Below are positions 50,606 to 60,238 of a DNA stretch of 64,000 bases, one piece after another. The notes under the pieces were generated by a model. It searched no databases. It was not told where the DNA came from and saw only the letters and a program-made list of their open reading frames with translations. Source of the DNA: a bacterium (GTDB lineage: Bacteria; Zhuqueibacterota; Zhuqueibacteria; Residuimicrobiales; Krinioviventaceae); contig OY843751.1 in NCBI GenBank assembly GCA_963693055.1, forward strand, positions 3,232,001 through 3,296,000, given 5' to 3'. Within the stretch, counting starts at the first letter, position 1, and each line of letters starts with the position of its first letter. Made by a program: the position numbers and the translations under genes.

Positions 50606-52018
50606 GTTGCCTCATAATTTATGTAACTATAGAGTTATTTGGAGACATAAATTATGGGACCCAAATCAAAAAAAGAATATGCAGCCTCAATCAAAATGCG
50701 ATATCAAAAAGCAAGCAAAACAGAGAAACAAAAAATACTGGACGAGTTTTGTGCTGTATGCAAATACAATCGAAAATATGCTATTCGACTCCTCAATGCC
50801 AGGGAGCAATCAACAATCAATGTCACGTATAAAAAACGAGGGCGTAAAGTCAAATACTCTGATCCAGAAATCCTTAAAACACTAGTCTACTTGTGGAAAA
50901 AGACCAACCTTCCCTGTTCTAAAAATTTAAAAGCCATTATACCGATTTGGTTGCCTCATTATCCATTCCCTCTATCCGATAGTGTTAAAATCGATTTGTT
51001 ACAAATATCACCGGCAACCATTGATCGACTTATGAAGCCAAACCGTGCAAAATTTACCAAACAGGGACTGGCCACCACCAAACCAGGTTCAATCCTCAAA
51101 AAGCACATCCCTGTAAAAACCAATCAATGGGATGAGACAACGCCCGGTTATCTCGAAGCGGATACTGTTGCCCATTGCGGCACCTCAGTTGAAGGACAGT
51201 TTGTTTATACTGTCAACACTGTTGATATCGCAACCGGCTGGACCGAACAGCGCGCCATCTGGGGAAAAGGTGAGCGAGGCACATTGCAAGCAATTGATAA
51301 TATTGAGCATACCCTGCCATTTAAACTTCTCGGCTTTGATTGCGACAATGGCTCCGAATTCTTAAACTGGCATCTATACGGGCACTTTGTAAATAGAGAT
51401 AAACCAATCCGCTTTACAAGGTCCCGTGCTTACCAGAAAAATGACAATGCTCATATTGAAGAAAAAAACTGGACACATGTTCGGCAGTATTTAGGCTATG
51501 AGCGTTTTGATAAAATCGAGCTTGTTGATATGATGAACCAACTCTACACCACGGAATGGCGTTTGTATTTTAACTTTTTTATACCATCTGTTAAGCTGCT
51601 CGAAAAAAAACGCGTCGGATCAAAAATTATCAAAAAATATGACAAGCCCAAAACTCCTTACCAGCGGCTTGTTGAATCTGACTTTATTGATCAGAGTACC
51701 AAATCAAAATTAACCAAACAGTTTCACGCACTTGATCCATTCTTTTTGCAAAAAACTATGGTTGAAAAAATTAATCGTATTCAAAGAACAGCTTTACAAA
51801 AATAATTTATATCGTTTGTTTTATTTTACATTCTTCATATTTTATGCAAGGTGGCCTTGGGCTACCCAATTAAAATGGTCTGTAGTTATTAGATATCTTC
51901 GCACTGACAGATAGAAACGGGCGGAGACGTTTTTGGAAGGACAGAGTCTTATGATAGTCTTGTTCATTATTCCTTTTTCCTCTCTAATAACTACGGTTAC
52001 ATTTTATTATGAGGCAAC
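50606..52018 (+). mobile_element. Insertion sequence, ISNCY/IS1202-like
   Basis: Terminal inverted repeats GTTGCCTCATAAT-TT-ATGTAAC (50606-27) and reverse complement GTTGCCTCATAAT-AAA-ATGTAAC (51996-52018); flanks TAGAC/TGGAC (possible degenerate 5-bp duplication). Confidence 0.8.
50654..51805 (+). CDS. DDE (integrase core) transposase
   Basis: YNRKYAIRLL, SPATIDRL, EADTVAHCG (D), DCDNGSEF (D), NDNAHIEEKN (E), TPYQR. Confidence 0.9.
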   Translation: MGPKSKKEYAASIKMRYQKASKTEKQKILDEFCAVCKYNRKYAIRLLNAREQSTINVTYKKRGRKVKYSDPEILKTLVYLWKKTNLPCSKNLKAIIPIWLPHYPFPLSDSVKIDLLQISPATIDRLMKPNRAKFTKQGLATTKPGSILKKHIPVKTNQWDETTPGYLEADTVAHCGTSVEGQFVYTVNTVDIATGWTEQRAIWGKGERGTLQAIDNIEHTLPFKLLGFDCDNGSEFLNWHLYGHFVNRDKPIRFTRSRAYQKNDNAHIEEKNWTHVRQYLGYERFDKIELVDMMNQLYTTEWRLYFNFFIPSVKLLEKKRVGSKIIKKYDKPKTPYQRLVESDFIDQSTKSKLTKQFHALDPFFLQKTMVEKINRIQRTALQK

Positions 52019-52024
52019 TGGACA

Positions 52025-53203
52025 TTAACTCACTTTTAATTGGGATTTTGCAAACTGCAATGCATCGTTTATCTTTGCAGAATCCGGTCCGCCGCCTTGA
52101 ACAAAATCTGCCGGACCTCCCCCCTTGCCGTTGATCATGGCAATGGATTCACGAAAAACCGAACGCAGATCCAGATCTTTTCGGCTGGTAGCAAACACAA
52201 GAGCAGGATTCTCACCTGTTGTTCCCAACAACAGCGTACCCTGAGCTTGTTTGATCACTGCACTGGCTATGCGTCTTAAAACATCAATCCTGACATCCGG
52301 GTAAATATAATCCACTATTGATTGATCATTCAACTTGGCACATAATTCTTGAATAACCGATTCTTCTTTTTCTTTGTCAATCTGCTGAATGCGTTTGAAA
52401 TAGAGTTTGTTCTCGTCTGCAATTTTTTCAATCTTGGCAGGTATATCTGCAAATCCGGTTGTTAACAGCTTGCCGCTTTCAGATAGAATGGTATGATATT
52501 CCTGAAACAGTCGTACTGTCCTGCCGCCGGCTGCAAAAGTAAAACGAAAGGTCCCTCTCACACGCTCTTTGTTCAAAATTTTAATCACACCTACTTCACC
52601 GGTTGATTTTACATGGGTGCCACCGCATGGGTCCAGATCAAAATCCTCAATCTCCACCAGGCGAACATTTTCATGGATGCCGGGGATCTTGCGTAAACCC
52701 GGATTTTCTAAATCCTTTTCAGTGGCAATAAACGCTTTAACAGATCGATTTTGCCAAATGATCTGATTGGCCAACAATTCAACGGCATTAAACTGATCAT
52801 CAGTAATGTCTTGTGCATCGGTTTCGATTGTAGAAAAATCCTCACCCAAATGCGAAGCAAGCGTCTCTACACCCAACTGGTGTTTAAAACTACCGGCAAG
52901 TATGTGGAAGCCCGTGTGCTGCTGCATAAATTCAAATCGTCGTGACCAATCTATCACTCCTGAAACAGTGCCCTCGGACTTTCCCGAGTCCAGAATATGC
53001 CAGATAGTATCATCCTCTATAATTACATCAGAAACTGTCAATTCACCCAATCTACCGGTATCATGCATCTGCCCACCGGAAGTGGGATAAAACAGGGTTT
53101 TGTCCAGTTGTATCGCGCTTTTCCCCTCAATCTCTTTAACATCCAAAACCTGTGCTTGAAATTCTGTTTGATAGCTGTCATGATAATAAAGTTTTTCAGT
53201 CAC
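52025..53203 (-). CDS. alaX: Free-standing alanyl-tRNA editing protein (AlaX-L type, with DHHA1)
   Basis: FYPTSGGQMHD, MQQHTGFH (HxxxH), PCGGTH (CxxxH), GKGGG; GTG start 53203 after AAAGGA, overlapping the upstream stop. Confidence 0.85.
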   Translation of the reverse strand: MTEKLYYHDSYQTEFQAQVLDVKEIEGKSAIQLDKTLFYPTSGGQMHDTGRLGELTVSDVIIEDDTIWHILDSGKSEGTVSGVIDWSRRFEFMQQHTGFHILAGSFKHQLGVETLASHLGEDFSTIETDAQDITDDQFNAVELLANQIIWQNRSVKAFIATEKDLENPGLRKIPGIHENVRLVEIEDFDLDPCGGTHVKSTGEVGVIKILNKERVRGTFRFTFAAGGRTVRLFQEYHTILSESGKLLTTGFADIPAKIEKIADENKLYFKRIQQIDKEKEESVIQELCAKLNDQSIVDYIYPDVRIDVLRRIASAVIKQAQGTLLLGTTGENPALVFATSRKDLDLRSVFRESIAMINGKGGGPADFVQGGGPDSAKINDALQFAKSQLKVS

Positions 53204-54428
53204 GGTCGGTTCCTTTCTCTTTTTTGCCAAGCAATCTCTGCCTGCGGTGTTGCAGCTCTGGTGTGCATTCATGCATCAGTCCACGCAATTCTTCCAGCAC
53301 ACGAACACGTTCCATAGCGCGATCAACAATCTCCAGCGCTTTGATATAATCCTTTATCTGGTGTTCATAATATTTGGCCAATTCAATATAGGCAATGGGC
53401 AAAAATCGCGTTGATCGGGTAATAATCTCCAGCCACAGGGGTTCTGTTTTATCAAAATGCTTTAGACGTTTTAATATAAACGCTTGTTTTATCATCACAT
53501 CTACTGAATTATTTACTCCGGGCAAGGCATTTTGCTCACAAATGGATATTGCAAGGTCAAACAGTTCCAGATCTTCAAACGTTCGCACAACTCCCAATAT
53601 ATCATAACTGTCCACACCTGTGGGGGTCTGAAACGCTTTTGAAATAGCAACGGTAATTGTCACCATGGAGAGTATATCCATCACATTGTGTTTGAATACA
53701 GGAATGAGCGGCTCGTATTCTCCCTGCCGCAGATAATCAAAATAAATCATGGGGATTTCGTAACCCGGCACATCACCGTGGCGTTTGAATCCCAGCAAGT
53801 GTTGTTCAAGGTTTTGCAAGGTACAGGGAACCACCCGGTCCTTCCACAATCGCCGGGATGTGTGTAAAATATCCAGATGCAGATGGTTTTCCCAGGGCAC
53901 CGGTAATCGGTTTAAAATATATCGGGTTGTAAGTGTTGGCAAATCGTACGACTTGCCATTAAAACTGATAATACCATTCCGGCCCCGGAACAGTTGCGCT
54001 AGTCCCTGAAGCATGGCAGGCTCTTCGTGATAATCTCGCATAAAATATTGCTGTACCACATATTCATTGTTGTCAAAAAATCCCGCGCCAATCATAAAGG
54101 GATAGGTGCCAGTCCCTCCTGCGAGTCCTGTGGTTTCGGTATCTAAGAATATAATATTTTCCGGGGACATATCCCGCAAGTCATGGGTTTTGCCAGCATA
54201 TATGAAATCCATTGATCCGAGTTTTAAAAAATCTCCCAAAGCGCTGCCGTGCATGAAATCAAGGGGATAGCGTTTCTCTCTGAGGACAAATTCACCCAAT
54301 TCATTTTGAACAATGCTTGCACTCAACTCGGCAACAAGAGCATCCTTTTTCTCTGAACGGTCCGGTAACGGCGGTGTGACTGACACTGATTTCTGAATAC
54401 CGCGTAATTTATCCTTGATTGAGGCCAC
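53196..54428 (-). CDS. RNase H-like (DEDDh) exonuclease with TPR tail, YprB/MrfB-like
   Basis: FLDTETTGL, SFNGKSYD, HNVMDI; IELAKYYEH...RL C-terminus. Confidence 0.85.
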   Translation of the reverse strand: MASIKDKLRGIQKSVSVTPPLPDRSEKKDALVAELSASIVQNELGEFVLREKRYPLDFMHGSALGDFLKLGSMDFIYAGKTHDLRDMSPENIIFLDTETTGLAGGTGTYPFMIGAGFFDNNEYVVQQYFMRDYHEEPAMLQGLAQLFRGRNGIISFNGKSYDLPTLTTRYILNRLPVPWENHLHLDILHTSRRLWKDRVVPCTLQNLEQHLLGFKRHGDVPGYEIPMIYFDYLRQGEYEPLIPVFKHNVMDILSMVTITVAISKAFQTPTGVDSYDILGVVRTFEDLELFDLAISICEQNALPGVNNSVDVMIKQAFILKRLKHFDKTEPLWLEIITRSTRFLPIAYIELAKYYEHQIKDYIKALEIVDRAMERVRVLEELRGLMHECTPELQHRRQRLLGKKEKGTDRD

Positions 54429-54439
54429 GTTGATCCCGC

Positions 54440-56752
54440 CTATTTCCCGGTTGTGCTCATATATTCAAACAGTTGAATGGACACAGCTTTTCCCTGATCT
54501 CCCACTTCAAGCACCGGCCCAACGCATGCAGGACATCCATTCTCGCATCCGCAATCATTAACCAGACCTATACAAGCTTTGGCAATTTCAGGATAAATGC
54601 TAAACAGCTTTTTGCTGAATCCAACCCCACCGGGATACTGGTCCCAAATAAACAGTGTCGGCTTTTGCCACAACGGCGCTCTGACCATTGGCATGGCGGC
54701 AAAGTCCCGGCGGTCTCCCATTACAAATAACGGCACCACATGGCTCAATACATTAGAAGCCGCTTTTAATCCGTCTCCCAACTGCTGTTTGTCAATTCCC
54801 AGTATTTCATGGACCTCTTCCGGGAAACCATACCAGAAGGCAGTTGTGTGCAGTTCCATTTCCGGTAAATCGATCTTGGCCCAGCCGATATTTTCATGTG
54901 TATTAAACTTGATTTTTTTATACATGGTCACCAGATTGGTTACCACAATCTCACCATAACCCAGCGATCGGGTATCGGTATGGTCTTCATCCGTAATCTC
55001 GATGACTTTGAGATCGCTTTTAAGCTGAGCGTCGGTATAATGATCAACCTTGACCTGATGAACGTATGCTTTGCGCCGTTCCCAATCGAGCTTGTCCACA
55101 TGGAACTGTTGTCCCTCATGGATATAAATGGCTTCGTCATGCACCATCATGGGGGCGGCAAACAGATCAATCTCGCCAATCACTTTTTCCTCGGGAGTGG
55201 TTTTGTCAATAATCACTACATTTTCTTCAGCAGCACTGCGTAGACTGATAGTCTCGGCAGGATACGTTTCTGCCATCCAGTGCCATCTGTCTCCGGCTTT
55301 GTGAATGACCCGTTCTTCTTCAAGGTATTCAAGAATTTCCTGTGTGCTGTCCAGTCCACCATTACCTTTCAGGTCTTCTCCAAATCGCTCGGATGTAGTA
55401 AAAGGCAGTTCAAATGCAGCACATTTGATATGACTGAGCAGAATCACCAGATTATCCGGATCAACAATGCCTGCTTCGGGAGATTTACTGAACAGGTATT
55501 CCGGATGGTTTACAATATACTGGTCCAATGGCGAAGAGGAGGCTATGAGAATCGCCAATGATGATCCACTGCGCCTGCCGGAGCGACCTGCCTGCTGCCA
55601 GGTACTGGCAATGGTGCCAGGGTATCCGGCCATGACGCACACTTGAAGTCTGCCAATATCGATACCCAATTCCAGCGCATTGGTACTCACAACGCCGGTA
55701 ATGCTGCCCGCGCGCAGCCCGCGTTCAATTTCACGTCTTTGCAAAGGAAGGTATCCACCACGATAACCGCGAATAGAGCTGGCAGATTTCTTTTGGTGGC
55801 GCATATGGTCTTTTAAATAAGTGAGCAGCAATTCCACATTCATACGGCTGCGCACAAATACAATGGTCTGCAGCATGTTTTCAATAAATCGCGACGCAAT
55901 ACGCTCGGTTTCCTTGATGTAAGACCGGCGAATACCCAGTTCACGATTAACAACAGGCGGATTATAAAGGATGAAATATTTTTCGCCCTGTGGAGCGCCA
56001 TTGTCATCTACCAGGTTCATAGGTTCGCCGGTGAGTTTTTGTGTCAATTCCACAGGATTTGCAATGGTAGCTGAACAGCAGATAAACACAGGATTGCTGT
56101 TATAAAACCGGCAAATGCGTTTGAGACGTCGCAGCACATTCCCCAAATGACTGCCAAATACTCCACGATAGTGATGGATTTCATCTATTACAATATATTG
56201 CAAATTTTCAAAAAGTTTAACCCAGGTCGTATGATGTGGTAATACACCCGCGTGCATCATATCCGGGTTGGTGACAACAATATGTCCCGAGCTTTTAATC
56301 GCTTTACGTGCAGATACCGGGGTATCTCCATCAAAAGTATAGCTTTTGATATCAAAATCAACAGTTTCACCAAGTAACTCTATAACCGAATGTAATTCCG
56401 AAAGCTGGTCCTGTGCAAGCGCTTTGGTCGGAAACAGATACAACGCCCGTGCCTCACGGGATTTGAGCACGGCATTAAGTACAGGTATATTATAACACAG
56501 GGTTTTGCCTGAAGCAGTAGGCGTAACAATGACCGTATTTTTACCATCCAATGCAGAACCTATAGCCTGTGCCTGGTGTGTATACAATTGCTTGATTCCG
56601 TGCTGCTGTAAAGCCGAAACAATGCGTGGATCCAGTGTATCCGGAAACGGTGCGTACCGTGCTTCCCGTTCTGGCAAATGCTTCCACAAAGTTGCATTGC
56701 TGTTAAATCCGGGATCACGTTTTAGAATATCAATTACCTGGTCAATTGTCAT
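54440..56752 (-). CDS. DEAH helicase with DUF1998 Zn domain, YprA/MrfA-like
   Basis: PTASGKT, PTKALAQDQ, DEIH, SAT, TNALELGIDIG, QQAGRSGR, CGCENGCPAC. Confidence 0.92.
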   Translation of the reverse strand: MTIDQVIDILKRDPGFNSNATLWKHLPEREARYAPFPDTLDPRIVSALQQHGIKQLYTHQAQAIGSALDGKNTVIVTPTASGKTLCYNIPVLNAVLKSREARALYLFPTKALAQDQLSELHSVIELLGETVDFDIKSYTFDGDTPVSARKAIKSSGHIVVTNPDMMHAGVLPHHTTWVKLFENLQYIVIDEIHHYRGVFGSHLGNVLRRLKRICRFYNSNPVFICCSATIANPVELTQKLTGEPMNLVDDNGAPQGEKYFILYNPPVVNRELGIRRSYIKETERIASRFIENMLQTIVFVRSRMNVELLLTYLKDHMRHQKKSASSIRGYRGGYLPLQRREIERGLRAGSITGVVSTNALELGIDIGRLQVCVMAGYPGTIASTWQQAGRSGRRSGSSLAILIASSSPLDQYIVNHPEYLFSKSPEAGIVDPDNLVILLSHIKCAAFELPFTTSERFGEDLKGNGGLDSTQEILEYLEEERVIHKAGDRWHWMAETYPAETISLRSAAEENVVIIDKTTPEEKVIGEIDLFAAPMMVHDEAIYIHEGQQFHVDKLDWERRKAYVHQVKVDHYTDAQLKSDLKVIEITDEDHTDTRSLGYGEIVVTNLVTMYKKIKFNTHENIGWAKIDLPEMELHTTAFWYGFPEEVHEILGIDKQQLGDGLKAASNVLSHVVPLFVMGDRRDFAAMPMVRAPLWQKPTLFIWDQYPGGVGFSKKLFSIYPEIAKACIGLVNDCGCENGCPACVGPVLEVGDQGKAVSIQLFEYMSTTGK

Positions 56753-56763
56753 AATCTATTTTC

Positions 56764-59103
56764 CTAATTACGAATAATCTCAACAGTACCGGTTTCACCG
56801 TTTATTTCAATCAAATCACCATTTTTAATAAGCTGGGTAGCACTGGCAATTCCCGTTACTGTTGCCAGGCCAAATTCTCGCGCAACTATAGATGCATGAG
56901 AAAGTACGCCTCCGGTTTCCAGCACCATTCCCGAGATGTACGAAAACACCGGTGACCATGCAGGATCCGCAGAATGAGCAACCAATATCTCATCATCGCC
57001 AATCTGTCTGGCCTGGTCCAGAGTACGGGCAACAAACGCTCTGCCTCTGCTGATTCCGCGGCTGACGCCAAATCCCTGCAATCGTTCAAAATCATGCGAT
57101 ACATGGGATTCGGGAAGGGTTTGAGATCCTTGCAGCAGGGATTGATACGCCTGCTTTCTGGACAGAATTTGCTCGTAAGGGATTTTAGAATCAATAAAAG
57201 AATGAATCAATTCAATACGATCCATAAAAAAAACATCATCAGCATGAACAAGCTTGCCAGTTTTGTATAAGAGATTACCATATTCAATTACTACATCCCG
57301 CATTCCAGACAAGATTTTGTGCCACTCGTTGCGCTGGTTTTCGCGAAGCAGGGTAAATTCTCGGGCGTATTTTAATAAGAGGAAAAATAAGCCCTTCAAC
57401 AAAGGACGAATAAATAGGGGCAGATTATTAATTTGCTGAATACAGTTCTGTTCTGCCTGGTTACTACGATTCAATAAATCCGTACGATTATTGGCAAACT
57501 TTTCACCGCCATTATTATTCTTGATCAATATCTCTGGCATATCTTTCCAAACCGGTTGAAAAATATCCAGGCTTTCCGAACGGTGTCCATACAAATCATG
57601 AAAGATCTTGATATCAGCATCTGTTACAATGGCAAGCATAGCACGGTTGGCTTTGACGGTCTCATTCTCTTCAAATCCGGTTAACAAATCCGTCAAAGTT
57701 TCATTGATCTGTTTAATTTTACAGATCTGGAGGCATTTCTTTAACAAGGCATAAAATATATCAGCAAAGGTAATACTCCATCGATGGAGTGATAAAAACT
57801 TGTCTGTGAGTCTTTCCGTTTCCTCAAAAACAGAATACAATTTATCCGGTTGAGACAATTGGGTTTTCAATACCGTCAGCTTTTCTTTGTTTAGATTGGA
57901 AAATTGCCTCCATTTCATCAAATTCACACCGGGTATCCAGTTATAGTCACCGGCAAAGATCAATTGAAACAGATAACGGAAACCACGCCAACTGTTTCTC
58001 AACCAGACATTTCGGTGTCCCAATAACAGTGACGCCTGTTTATCAAGCGAGATAAATTGCAGTGGAATAACTGAATATAGACTCTGAAATACGGATATAC
58101 GGGTAAATGGAAAACCTTTAAACAACCGGGTGATATTTTCGGATGCAGCCAACTTACTATAACCCAATCCCTTCAGGGGATCACGATATGCGTTCTTTTC
58201 CATCCATTTCTGTAAAATGGACCAGCCAAGTGGCGACAGCGGTTTTGTAAAACGCTCTGCAAAAAAGTAATCGGTCCAGATACCACCCTCTTTATCAACG
58301 CGTATGCGCTGTCTGCTGACACTGCTGGTAACGGGACGTGACTGCAAAATCCATACTTTATTGTTCTCGATCGCCCATTCAATATCCTGATTGGCTCCCA
58401 ATATAGATTCTATTTCGAGTCCCAGTTCAAGCAGTGATTTCAGCTGATCTGCAAATCTGGATTGTTGTGACAAGGTTTGCCATAATCCGGTATTACCCGT
58501 AACAGATTTTACCGTTAACCCATTTCGGTTAATGGATATCCGGACCGGGTCCTCTTCACCAGACACCAAGCCTTCACCATATCCCTGAACGATTTCAAGT
58601 AACAACGTATCCGGGTCACCGGTAACCGGATGCCGGGTAAAAAAAACTCCCGCAAAATCAGGATTAATCATTTGCTGCAGCATAACAGCCATGACGGCAT
58701 GCTTATCAGAAAATCCAAATTGTTCCAGATAAGTAGATACATGTGGGGATTCCAGAGATTTCCAGCAATCAGATATCGCATTTACCAGATTTTCCACACC
58801 GGAAACATTTAAAAACGTTTCAAACTGACCGGCCATAGAAAAGGAAGCATGGTCTTCAAATGGAGCCGAAGAACGTACAGCATATTTATTATGGGAATTC
58901 AAGTTGGTTAACGAGTCGAGTTGTCTTTGCAGCTTGAGAGGTTTATTTCTGTATTTTTTAAAAGCACAAGTAGTTACAACATAAAATTCAGGAACAGGTA
59001 TACCCATTTCAGAAAGTATAGATAACCTGCCGGCTTTGGCACCGGTCAGGTTAATATTGGATGCACATGCAGCATCCTTATGTAAAATAGCGTTTATCTT
59101 CAT
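56764..59103 (-). CDS. PEP-utilising dikinase with rifamycin-phosphotransferase-like architecture
   Basis: GAKA, AVRSSAPFED, AGQFET, GEGLVSG, DIEWA, ILQSRPVT; helical middle; C-terminal GGVLSHASIVAREFG swivel; no PEP TIM barrel. Confidence 0.8.
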   Translation of the reverse strand: MKINAILHKDAACASNINLTGAKAGRLSILSEMGIPVPEFYVVTTCAFKKYRNKPLKLQRQLDSLTNLNSHNKYAVRSSAPFEDHASFSMAGQFETFLNVSGVENLVNAISDCWKSLESPHVSTYLEQFGFSDKHAVMAVMLQQMINPDFAGVFFTRHPVTGDPDTLLLEIVQGYGEGLVSGEEDPVRISINRNGLTVKSVTGNTGLWQTLSQQSRFADQLKSLLELGLEIESILGANQDIEWAIENNKVWILQSRPVTSSVSRQRIRVDKEGGIWTDYFFAERFTKPLSPLGWSILQKWMEKNAYRDPLKGLGYSKLAASENITRLFKGFPFTRISVFQSLYSVIPLQFISLDKQASLLLGHRNVWLRNSWRGFRYLFQLIFAGDYNWIPGVNLMKWRQFSNLNKEKLTVLKTQLSQPDKLYSVFEETERLTDKFLSLHRWSITFADIFYALLKKCLQICKIKQINETLTDLLTGFEENETVKANRAMLAIVTDADIKIFHDLYGHRSESLDIFQPVWKDMPEILIKNNNGGEKFANNRTDLLNRSNQAEQNCIQQINNLPLFIRPLLKGLFFLLLKYAREFTLLRENQRNEWHKILSGMRDVVIEYGNLLYKTGKLVHADDVFFMDRIELIHSFIDSKIPYEQILSRKQAYQSLLQGSQTLPESHVSHDFERLQGFGVSRGISRGRAFVARTLDQARQIGDDEILVAHSADPAWSPVFSYISGMVLETGGVLSHASIVAREFGLATVTGIASATQLIKNGDLIEINGETGTVEIIRN

Positions 59104-59116
59104 TCATGTGTCTTGA

Positions 59117-60115
59117 TCAATTCCGGCTTTTTAATTTAACGCTGTTTATTTGATCTAGCTGTAATTTTTCTAATTCTTTGTCAAAATTATCCAGTAATTT
59201 CAACATTTCAAGATCATCTACCATATCTTCTTTTAACGGTAGCTTTTCGCTATTATGATCGAGTATATTCTTTTTACTATCCAATGTCACCGTAAGAATG
59301 CTGCCATACTTGCCCATACTTACAGAAGAGGCTACTATTGCGTCAAATTTATCACGCGGGTTAACAAGATAATATTGCCCGCCCATAATCGCGATATCGA
59401 TATCAGGAACCGTTTCCAAAATATCTTTTAATTTTTTATAATTGCCATTATACAACAATACAACCAGATCCGCCTTTTTATTGACCTTGGGCACCAATTC
59501 TTTTGCTACTTCAATCGGATCTTTGCAATACAGCATGGGCTCTTTTAATCGTTTTGAAAAGAGCATACCTCTGTCATCACATAAACCAATTATGCCCAAA
59601 GAAATAGATTTGAATGGCAATCCATTCTCATCCTTTGCCTTGACAATTTGAATTTGAAAAGGCTCGGTAAATGGTTTATCCGTATCCTGATAAAATGTAT
59701 TGGATGCAAGAAAATTGACATCATTTTCTTTTGCAAGTGTTTTCAAGATCTCACCACCGTTTATAAATTCACGGTGGGCCAGATTTATATTCTTGTATCC
59801 AAAGCCGGACATGGCATGGATAAGATAATCCGTATATAACTGGCTAATCTGATTTGCACCACGACTAAAGCCGCCGGCATCCAGAAAAACATTGAAATTG
59901 TTTTCATTTATATGATCGTTGATAAAAGTAGCCCGCCGGGCTACTCCGCCGTAGCGTGCAGTCTTTCACCCACAGGGGCGAACATAACCCATCAGATCAT
60001 TTGTATGAAATATGCTCAGAGTAGCAGTTGCTGTTGAATCTACTGCTTCAGAAGTACGTCCACAACCTAAAACCAGTATTGCAATAGATACAACAAATTT
60101 CATCATAGTTTTCAT
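59117..60115 (-). CDS. UshA/5'-nucleotidase-fold selenolipoprotein with CGU motif (in-frame UGA at codon 50)
   Basis: ATG 60115 is in frame with track ORF 59812. MKTMMKFVVSIAILVLGC...IFHTNDLMGYVRPCG-TGA(59968-59966)-KTARYGGVARRATF...FLDAGGF; hairpin immediately downstream. Confidence 0.85.
59927..59955 (-). promoter_or_regulatory. Candidate bacterial SECIS element
   Basis: After the UGA: GCTAC-GGCGGA-GTAGC (+11 to +26), or alternatively AGTAGCCC-GGC-GGGCTACT (+21 to +39); both have G-led apical loops. Confidence 0.6.
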
Positions 60116-60145
60116 AAATAAACCTGTATTAATTTTGCATCAATA

Positions 60146-60174
60146 ATGTTAAGCATTCATTTGATAAAAAGCAA
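60146..60174 (-). promoter_or_regulatory. Possible sigma70 promoter of the selenoprotein-to-alaX operon
   Basis: TTGCTT(60174-60169)-17-TAACAT(60151-60146). Confidence 0.4.
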
Positions 60175-60198
60175 GAATTCATTAGCAAGAATTATATA

Positions 60199-60226
60199 CA
60201 AGCAGGGTCCCCTGTTACCCTGCTTG
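60199..60226 (-). terminator. Stem-loop after the PorV-OmpA-AMIN gene
   Basis: CAAGCAGGGT...ACCCTGCTTG 10-bp stem. Confidence 0.6.
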
Positions 60227-60238
60227 ATTAATATTCAA

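Noticed and set aside
50606-50628. IS left end resembles a dif/XerCD site (CATAA...TTATGTAAC)
   Set aside because: The spacer is 1 nt rather than 6, and the sequence is simply the terminal inverted repeat mirrored at 51996-52018.
56764-59103. Annotation as ppsA or rph
   Set aside because: It lacks the PEP/pyruvate barrel of PpsA, and the substrate domain cannot be matched to RPH by eye; no symbol given.
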